NCBI GenBank assembly: GCA_963763745.1
Contig: CAVXQJ010000001.1
Span: 130,431-194,430, forward strand
Source of the DNA: an uncultured delta proteobacterium
Lineage (GTDB): Bacteria > Myxococcota_A > Polyangia > Polyangiales > Polyangiaceae
DNA: 64,000 nt
Direction of reading: 5' to 3'
This document shows positions 56,601 through 64,000 of this stretch, piece by piece. The stretch's first letter is position 1. Each line of letters starts with the position of its first letter. The notes beneath the pieces were generated by a model that saw nothing but the letters and a program-made list of their open reading frames with translations, was not told where the DNA came from and did not search any database. The position numbers and the translations under genes were made by a program.

Positions 56601-59600
56601 GCCGCGCGACTCGAACGCGCAAAAGAACACACGGCGCGCGCCGACGTGTTCTTCGAGCTCGCGAGCGCGCACGAAGCGCTCGGTGACGCACCCGCCGCGC
56701 TGCGCGCGCAGCTCGATGCGATCGCAGAAGTCCCCGACTCCGCACAAGCGCACGACGCGGCGATGGCGCTCGCGAAGAAGCTCGCGACGCCCGAGGCGTA
56801 CATCGACGCGGTGGTCGCGCTGGCGGATCGCGCGAGCGCGAGCGGCGATGCGCGCGCGGCGTGCACGCTCATGCTTCGCGCGGCGAACGCGCTCGGCCAA
56901 GTCGACGGAAGCGGCGCGCGCGTGACGTCGCTGCTCGAACGCGCGAAAGAGACGGGCGCGATGCGCGGCGAAGTCCTGCGCGCGCTCGATCACGCTTACG
57001 CGGCGCTCGGTGATGAGGAGAAACAGGAAGCGACGCTCGCGGAGCTCGCGGCGCTCGAGGTGGAGACGACATCGCGCGATCCGCGAACGTCGAGCGACAT
57101 TCTCTATCGACTCGCGGAGCTTCGCGTGAAGCGCGACGAGACGGTGGACGACGCAGCTCGCTCGCTCGCCACGGCGCTCGACCTCGCGCCCGACGCGGAG
57201 CGCGCCGCGACGATCGCGGAGATGGCGATCGGACGCGGGGCGTCGACGGGCGCAATGCTCGACGTCTTCGTGCGCGCGGCGCGGCTCACCGCGCGCCCGC
57301 AGCTCGTGCAGCGCGCCGTCCTCTTGCAGGCGGAGCAGCCCGAAGCCGCGCTCGCGACGCTGCGCGAGGCCGCGACGATCACGCTGCAATCCGGAGATGG
57401 GGCGCGCGCGGAGTCGTTCCTTCGTCGCATCGTGGACGTCGCGACGGGGCAGCGCGATGTCCTTCGGTGGGCGCTCCTCGAGCTCGCGGCGCTCGTGTCG
57501 GCGCGCGGCGACGTCGCGGATGCGCTCGCGCTCGAGCTCGCCGCGGGCGAGCATTGCGAGCCAGCCGACGCGCGTCGTCTTCGCGAAGGCGTCGCGCTGC
57601 GTGCGCGACAGCTCGGCGACGCGGCGCTCGAGCTCCGTGCGCGCCGCGAGATCATCGCAGCCGATCCGACGGACGCGTCCGCGCGCACCGCGCTTCTCGA
57701 GCTCTTGCGCACGACGGGCGACGACGCGGCGCTCCTCGAGGTCGTCGAGTCGCTTCTTCCGACGGTCACGGACGATGCGGAGCGCCGAGCGCTTCGTCGC
57801 GAACGCGCGCGGCTCCTCGCCGCACAACCTTCGCGCGTCGACGAGGTGATCGCCGAGCTGCGCGCGCTCCTCGACGAAGAACCGTACGATGCGCACGCCG
57901 TCGCGCTCCTCGCCGAGCTTCTCGAAGCGCGCGGCGAAACGGGCGAGCTCGCTTCGCTCCTCGAGCGCCAGCTCGATACGGCCAAGGATCGACAAGACGC
58001 ATCGGGCGTCGCGATGCTCACGCTTCGGCTCGGCGCGCTCCTCGAGTCCTCGGATCGCGATCGCGCCCGTGAGCTCTACACGATGGGCCTCGACTGGGAT
58101 GCGAAGAACCGGCCGCTCCTCCTCGCGATGCGTGCGCTCCTCGCGGATGCCGATCCCGCCGATCGCGCAGACGTGATGGAGCGTTTGCTCGAGACCGAGC
58201 GCGGCGAAAGCGCAGAGGCGCTCGCGCTCGAGCTCGTCGCGATTCGCGCGGAGGCGTGGGACGACGCAGGCGTCGAGCGCGCGCTCGAGATTGGTCTCGC
58301 CGGTCACCCCGCGAGCGACGAGCTTCGCACGCGGCTCGTGACGATGTACGCGGACCGCGGCGACAGGCGGAAGCTCGCGGCGCTGAAGGAGACGAGCGCG
58401 CGCGCGATGACGGGCGCCGCGGCGAAGGCGGAGCTCCTCTCCGCGGCGGAGATTCATCGCGAGCTCGGCGACGCGGAGGCTGCGGTTCGCGCGCTCACCG
58501 CCGCGCGCGCCGTCGATCCATCCGACGTGCGAGTTCTCGGCGAGCTCGTGTCGGCGCTCGAACAACGCGGCGATGAACGCTCCGTCGCCGAGCTCGGCGC
58601 GCTCATCGAAGCGTCGCCCGACCCGACGTTGCTCGGCGCGCGCGCGCGCGTGCTCGCATCGCTCGGCCGTCACGACGAGGCCATCGCCGACGCAGAGCGC
58701 GCCGCGAACGTCGACCTTCTCTTGCACGTTCTCTCGCGCGCGGCCGACGCGGCCGAGCCAGCTGCGCAGAAACCGCTGCGCCGTCGCATCGCGGAGCTCT
58801 ACGCGTCCGTGGGTCGCGTCGACGAAGCACACGCGCAGCTCGAGGTGCTCCTCTCGCTCGACGACACGGATCGCGAAACGCTCTGGTCGATGGCGCGCAT
58901 CGAAGAAGCCGCAGGTCGCTTCGACACCGCGAGCGACACGTACGTGCGTCTCGTGGATCTCGAAGCGGGAGACAAGCTCGTCGAAGCCGCGCTGCACCTC
59001 GCCGATGCGTCGATGCGCGCGCAAAATCCGGGTTACGCGCGCGAGGGTCTCGAGAAGGCGCGCGCGTCGGCGCCCGCCGACGATCGCGTCCTCGAGAAGC
59101 TCGCCGCGATCTATCAAGCGAGCGGCGCGCACCGCGAGCTCGCCGAGCTGCGCATCGCGGAGGCGCGCGCGGCGACCGATCCAGCGCGCCGTTTCGAGAT
59201 GCTCTGCGCCGCCGGCGCGACGCTCCTCGAGCACGACCCAGCCGCCGCCGCGAACGCGCTCGAAGAGGCGCGCACGATCAAACCCGCCGACATGGAATGC
59301 GCGGGCCTCCTCGGCGACGCATACATCTCCGCGCAACGCTTCGACGAGGCGCGCGATCTTCTCCAAGCGGTCGTCGCCGCGCAGAAGGGGCGACGCTCGA
59401 AAGACCTCGCGCAGATCTATCTTCGCCTCGGACGACTCGAGACCGCGCTCTCCAACCCGAAGGGCGCGCTGCAGATGTTCACCGCCGCGCTCGACATGGA
59501 CGGACAAAACGGCGTCGTCGCGTCGGAGCTCGCGCACGTCGCGCTCACCGAAGGCGAGCTCGAGCTCGCGACGCGCGCCCTCCGCGCGATCACGATGCTC

Positions 59601-59765
59601 CGCACCGCTGCGCCGATCTCGAAGGGCATCGCCTACGAGCGCCTCGGCGAAATCGCGATGCACCAAGGCGACAACAAACGCGCCGTCATGCTCCTCAAGC
59701 GCGCGATCGACGAAGACGCCGAGCTCGAGCACGCGCGAGAGCTACTCGCTCAGCTCGGCGGGTGA
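47619..59765 (+). CDS. giant TPR/alpha-solenoid repeat protein (~4000 aa), with a cluster of at least 6 frameshifts between about 52200 and 54600
   Basis: ORFs 47619..52595 (1658 aa) and 53943..59765 (1940 aa) are in the same frame, and repeat-protein pieces in the gap (51251, 52432, 52701, 53254 ORFs) hop between frames. Composition is uniformly Ala/Leu/Arg/Glu-rich TPR-like throughout. Confidence 0.65.
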
Positions 59766-59780
59766 TAAACGTATCGCGCG

Positions 59781-60968
59781 ATGTACTTCCAAGACATCAT
59801 CCAGTCGCTTCAGGCGTTTTGGGCGAAGCGCGGCTGTCTCGTTTTGCAGCCGTACAACTCCGAGGTCGGCGCGGGCACGTTCAACCCCGCGACCTTTCTT
59901 CGCGCGCTCGGCCCCGAGCCGTGGAAGGTCGCGTTCGTCGAGCCGTCGCGCAGACCCGGCGATGGCCGCTACGGCGACAACCCGAATCGCTTGCAGCAGT
60001 ATCACCAGTTCCAAGTCATCTTGAAGCCGTCGCCGATCGACATTCAGGATCAATACGTCGAGTCGCTCCGCGCGCTCGGCACGGAAGCCGAAGAGCACGA
60101 TCTTCGATTTCTCGAAGACGATTGGGAGTCGCCGACGCTCGGCGCGTGGGGCCTCGGCTGGCAAGTGTGGATGGATGGTCTCGAGATTTCTCAGTTCACG
60201 TACTTCCAACAAGTCGGCGGCTTCGATTGCAAACCCGTGAGCGGCGAGCTCACGTACGGCGTCGAGCGCATCGCGATGTACTTGCAAGACGTCGACGACG
60301 TGTACGACGTGATGTACGCGCCCGGCGTTCGATACCGCGAGATCTACAAGCGCGCGGAGTGGGAGTGGAGCACGTACAACTTCGAGCAGGCGGACATCCC
60401 CGCGCATTTTGCCGCGTTCGATCACGACGAGAAGGAGTGCAAACGCTTGCTCGCGCTATCCGATGACCCGACGAAAAAATTGGTTTTGCCCGCGTACGAT
60501 TTCGTGACGAAGGCGGCTCACATGTTCAACGTGCTCGACGCGCGCGGCGCGATCGGCGTGACGGAGCGCGCGCGCTTCATCGGTCGCGTGCGCGGGATGG
60601 CGCGCGGCGTCGCGGAGGCGTGGGTCGCGCAGCGCAAGGCGCTCGGTCATCCGCTTCTCATCGCGGCGACGATCGCGATCGCGATGTGCTTCGCGTGCAG
60701 CGGCGGAGGCGGCGACTCGAAGTATCCGTCGCGTCCGGATGGCTGTGACGTGCAGGTGTATCAGCAGTCGCCGACGGTGAAGACCGAGAACATCGGCCCG
60801 GTCACAGCGTCGTGCGACGACATCGTGTCGAAGGACGACTGCCTCCGCACGCTGAAGGATCAAGTGTGCAAGCTCGGCGGCAACGCCGTGTGGGGCGTTC
60901 CCGCGGAGCCCGATCACGACGGCGACAAGTGGAAGTACCAAGGTCGCGCCGTGCACACGACGCCGTGA
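59781..60968 (+). CDS. glyQ: glycine--tRNA ligase alpha subunit fused in frame to a ~95-aa lipoprotein-like Cys-rich tail
   Basis: The first 300 aa are a canonical GlyQ ([19 protein letters not shown]...GHPLL). With no stop the ORF continues [18 protein letters not shown] (signal/lipobox-like) plus a 6-Cys domain. Confidence 0.8.
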   Translation: MYFQDIIQSLQAFWAKRGCLVLQPYNSEVGAGTFNPATFLRALGPEPWKVAFVEPSRRPGDGRYGDNPNRLQQYHQFQVILKPSPIDIQDQYVESLRALGTEAEEHDLRFLEDDWESPTLGAWGLGWQVWMDGLEISQFTYFQQVGGFDCKPVSGELTYGVERIAMYLQDVDDVYDVMYAPGVRYREIYKRAEWEWSTYNFEQADIPAHFAAFDHDEKECKRLLALSDDPTKKLVLPAYDFVTKAAHMFNVLDARGAIGVTERARFIGRVRGMARGVAEAWVAQRKALGHPLLIAATIAIAMCFACSGGGGDSKYPSRPDGCDVQVYQQSPTVKTENIGPVTASCDDIVSKDDCLRTLKDQVCKLGGNAVWGVPAEPDHDGDKWKYQGRAVHTTP

Positions 60969-60974
60969 CGGGCG

Positions 60975-61271
60975 TCACTCCAGGCACTTCTCCAGCGCAT
61001 CGGGTGTCGCCGCCTTCATCGCGCAGTCGTAGTCGCTCGGCTGCACCTCCGATGCGCAGTTCTTGAACGCGTCGTCGCCGTGCGCTTCGTTCTTTTCGCG
61101 GGCGCGCTCGGCGGCGATGTCGCTCGCGGACGCGTCGGGCATCTTCTCTTTCACGACGAGCTCCGCGTAGCGCTCGACGATCGCCTCGCACTGCGCGGGC
61201 GTGACCTTCTTCTTGCAGCCGCACACGACGAGCACCGCTGCGACGAAAACGCGCGCTGCTAACGGAGGCAC
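60975..61271 (-). CDS. small Cys-containing lipoprotein (paralog of 61259..61537)
   Basis: GTG start; lipobox VFVAAVLVVCGC; a conserved C..QCE...R....VK...C....Y.C....T.EA..KCL spacing shared with the neighbouring gene. Confidence 0.45.
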   Translation of the reverse strand: MPPLAARVFVAAVLVVCGCKKKVTPAQCEAIVERYAELVVKEKMPDASASDIAAERAREKNEAHGDDAFKNCASEVQPSDYDCAMKAATPDALEKCLE

Positions 61272-61537
61272 TTGACGATGGCTTCCTGCGTCTCGGCCTT
61301 CTTGATGCACTCCATCGCGCCGTCGCTGATGCGGCGACCGACGCACCCCGGAAAATCCGACTCGGCGTCTTTGCGCAGATCGGTTTGCATCTTCGCGACG
61401 CTCGGCGCGTCCGTGATGTTCTTCTGCTTCAATTTCACGACGACCATGCGATCGAGGATGATCTCGCAGTCTTGTTGGGTCGCGTGGCGACCGCACGACA
61501 GCACGCCGAACGCGGCGATGAGCACGAAACGTCGCAT
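61259..61537 (-). CDS. small Cys-containing lipoprotein
   Basis: MRRFVLIAAFGVLSCG lipobox; 92 aa; the same Cys pattern as the downstream paralog. Confidence 0.5.
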   Translation of the reverse strand: MRRFVLIAAFGVLSCGRHATQQDCEIILDRMVVVKLKQKNITDAPSVAKMQTDLRKDAESDFPGCVGRRISDGAMECIKKAETQEAIVKCLR

Positions 61538-61561
61538 CGGGCTTCCGTGTAGCATACACAC

Positions 61562-62284
61562 GTGGCGCAAACGAGTCCGGAGGAGTGGCTGCGTCGCGCC
61601 GTCGGCGCGCGAGATGCCGCGTCGCGTGCGCGTCTCGCGCGAAGAGGTCTCGCGATGCGCGCCGGGCTCGATCGCACGACGCAAGCGATGCTCCTCCGCC
61701 AGCTCTACCTCGCGCTCTTCGAGTCGCGCCGATTCGATCGCGCGCGCGAGGTCGCCGAGAGCGCGATCGATCTCCGCGTGATGCGCGACGTGATGCACCA
61801 CGACGCCGCGCGCGCCGCGACCGCAGCCGGCGACATCGACGTCGCGATCGAGCACTTGCGATCCGCCGCGCGCCGCGCGCCCGCATCGCGTCGCGCGTTC
61901 CACTGGTGGACGCTCGGCAGCACGCTATTTTTTTCGCAGCGTTACGACGAGGCGATCACCGCGCTCGAGCGCGCCGTGCGATGGAGCAGCGCGGACAAAC
62001 CGCTCTATCGCGCGCACCTCGCGCTCGTGCTCGTCGCATCCGGTCGTGCGCCGAACGATTTGCAGGAAACGATCGACGACCTCGCGCGCGCGCCGAGCGG
62101 GCAGGGCTACGGGCGATTCGTGCTGGGGCATCTCGCGTACGCGGCGCGCGAATTCCGGTCCGCGCGAAAATTTCTCGAAGCGTTCATCGCGCGCGCGGAA
62201 AAATGGTCCGCTTCCACGTCGATTGCGCTCGAGCCAGAAGTCCGCATGACGCTGGCGACGCTCTCGAAGATGACGGAAAGTTGA
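61562..62284 (+). CDS. TPR-like hypothetical protein
   Basis: 240-aa ORF with helical-repeat-like composition (YDEAITALERAV..., YRAHLALVLVASG). Confidence 0.4.
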   Translation: MAQTSPEEWLRRAVGARDAASRARLARRGLAMRAGLDRTTQAMLLRQLYLALFESRRFDRAREVAESAIDLRVMRDVMHHDAARAATAAGDIDVAIEHLRSAARRAPASRRAFHWWTLGSTLFFSQRYDEAITALERAVRWSSADKPLYRAHLALVLVASGRAPNDLQETIDDLARAPSGQGYGRFVLGHLAYAAREFRSARKFLEAFIARAEKWSASTSIALEPEVRMTLATLSKMTES

Positions 62285-62399
62285 TCCTGGATCGGCGACT
62301 CTCCATGCGAGCTTTTCTCGGGATTTCTGCGTGCTATAAACCCCCAGTGTAAGGCTCGGGCCTTGCACAACGTGGACGTGACGCCGTGAGAGGAAACCG

Positions 62400-63692
62400 A
62401 TGTTCGCGACACTCGCTCTAGCGCTCCTTGGGGGCTTGATACTCAACGTGATGCCGTGCGTGCTTCCGGTGCTCGCGCTCAAAGCGATGAGCGTCGTCGA
62501 GCACGCCAAGCACGACGCACGCAAGCGTCGCATGCACGGCTTCGCCTACACGATCGGCACGATGAGCTTGTTCATCGCGCTCGCTGTCATGGTCGTCGTG
62601 ATCAAAGCGTCGGGTCATCGCCTCGGTTGGGGCATGCAGTTCCAACACCCCGCGTTCGTCGCAACGATGACGGCGATCGTCTTCGCGTTCGCGCTCAACG
62701 CGGTCGGCGTGTTCGAGATCACGATGTCGTCCGGCGCCGAAGGCGGCGATGACGACAAGTTCCTCGGCTCCGTCGTCAACGGCCTCTTCGCCGCGCTCAT
62801 GTCGACGCCGTGCTCCGCGCCGTTCCTCGGCACTGCGGTCGCGTTCGCGCTCGGCTCGGATGTCCCCGCGTGGAAGACGATCCTCATCTTCGCGTGCATC
62901 GGCCTCGGCCTCGCGCTCCCGTATCTCGCCATCACGCTCATCCCGGGCTTCTCGAAGATTCTCCCGCGCCCCGGCCGGTGGATGGAGACAGTGAAGCAAG
63001 TGATGGGCTTCGCGCTCTTCGGCACGGCGATCTGGCTGTACCGGACGCTGCAAGTTCAAGTGACGCCCGCGTCGGCCAACTCGTTTCTCATCTTCTTGCT
63101 CGCGCTCGCGGTCGCGCTCTGGCTCGGCGCTCGTTACGGCGGCGTCGCGGTCGACGCGGGTCGTCGCTGGGTCGTGCGCGGCATCCAGGTCGGCGGCGTC
63201 GTCTTTGCAGGATACATGTGTCTCTCGTTCGTGAAGCCGGAGCCGAGCATGGCCGCGATCACGGCAGATCCGAAGGGCGGCATCTCGAACGATCCGCCGG
63301 TCGTCGTCGACAACCACATCGCGTGGGCTGGGTTCGACGGCAAGCGCCTCGCGAGCGAGGGGAAGCGTGGTCGCCCGGTGTTCCTCGATTTCACCGCGGA
63401 GTGGTGCGCGTCGTGCAAAGCGAACGAGCACGCGTTCCTCGAGACGGACACGGTGCGTGGTGCGCTCACGAAGACGAACATCCTCCCGATGCGCGCGGAC
63501 ATGACGAACGAGAGCGACGAGCTCTCCGCTTTCCTCGACAGCCTCGGCCGCTCGGGCATCCCCGCGTACGTCATCATCATGCCGGATGGCACGCGCGACT
63601 TGCTCCCGGTGACGATCACCGCGGAGATGGTCGCGTCACACCTCGGCGACGCGTCGAACAAGTTCCCGCAAGAAAAATACGCGAGGAACTAG
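62400..63692 (+). CDS. dsbD: thiol:disulfide interchange protein, DsbD/CcdA family with a C-terminal thioredoxin-like domain
   Basis: NVMPCVLPVL and STPCSAPFLG Cys pairs in the TM core; the thioredoxin motif EWCASCK. Confidence 0.8.
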   Translation: MFATLALALLGGLILNVMPCVLPVLALKAMSVVEHAKHDARKRRMHGFAYTIGTMSLFIALAVMVVVIKASGHRLGWGMQFQHPAFVATMTAIVFAFALNAVGVFEITMSSGAEGGDDDKFLGSVVNGLFAALMSTPCSAPFLGTAVAFALGSDVPAWKTILIFACIGLGLALPYLAITLIPGFSKILPRPGRWMETVKQVMGFALFGTAIWLYRTLQVQVTPASANSFLIFLLALAVALWLGARYGGVAVDAGRRWVVRGIQVGGVVFAGYMCLSFVKPEPSMAAITADPKGGISNDPPVVVDNHIAWAGFDGKRLASEGKRGRPVFLDFTAEWCASCKANEHAFLETDTVRGALTKTNILPMRADMTNESDELSAFLDSLGRSGIPAYVIIMPDGTRDLLPVTITAEMVASHLGDASNKFPQEKYARN

Positions 63693-64000
63693 CAACCACC
63701 GTCGGGGGAGCCCGCGTCGAACGCGCCGCCGTCGTAGAGCGGATCGGTCGACGTCGGCGCGCACACCTTCGTCGTGGACCAGCGGAAGTGATCGACGAGC
63801 AGCTGCGAGTCGAAGATGCTGTCGAGCGTGTCGAAGATGATGAATCGCAGCTTGATCGTGTCGCCCGGCGTCACGGGCGCGCTGAGCGTCATCCATCCCG
63901 TGCCGCCGCCTGCGATTTGATTGGCCGTTGCCGCAACCTCCATGCCCGTTCCTTGGAGGCTCGTGGCGTCGTTGAGCACCAAATACGGGCTGTTCACGGA
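63689..64000 (-). CDS. hypothetical secreted protein, C-terminal part only (gene continues beyond the window end)
   Basis: Open frame running to the window edge, ending ...FDAGSPDGGC; its stop overlaps the dsbD stop. Confidence 0.35.
   Translation of the reverse strand, partial: SVNSPYLVLNDATSLQGTGMEVAATANQIAGGGTGWMTLSAPVTPGDTIKLRFIIFDTLDSIFDSQLLVDHFRWSTTKVCAPTSTDPLYDGGAFDAGSPDGGC

Overview
This is a 64-kb chromosomal window at roughly 70% GC with a strongly biased third codon position, most plausibly from a Myxococcota-type (delta-proteobacterial) genome. It carries many lipobox lipoproteins, eukaryotic-like Ser/Thr kinases, an ECF sigma/anti-sigma pair and a giant (~4000 aa) TPR-repeat protein. 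Recognisable housekeeping or enzyme genes are an alpha/beta-hydrolase, a sterol-desaturase-family hydroxylase, heme A synthase (ctaA), tsaE, lgt, pdxH, an OPT oligopeptide transporter, a GH31 glycosidase, a TetR regulator, a class I/II aminotransferase, glyQ and a DsbD-family thiol:disulfide interchange protein. I found no rRNA, tRNA, CRISPR array, transposase or integrase. The most notable feature is a five-gene minus-strand operon at 29958-36503 whose fourth gene is an unmistakable major vault protein (MVP) homolog. Around it sit a 4-heme c-type cytochrome lipoprotein, a SUKH/SMI1-KNR4 protein, a SAM methyltransferase and an FG-GAP-like lipoprotein. A second striking pattern is that many conserved genes (lgt, a SufS-like desulfurase, a PknK-like kinase, a PHP hydrolase, a hybrid histidine kinase, the giant TPR gene and MVP itself) are split across reading frames by clustered indels. 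That points to assembly or sequencing indel errors, or otherwise to unusual pseudogenisation. Other oddities are glyQ fused in frame to a lipoprotein-like Cys-rich tail, a ~106-bp AT-rich imperfect palindrome between two convergent genes, and a coding (GGC)n repeat giving a 27-proline run.
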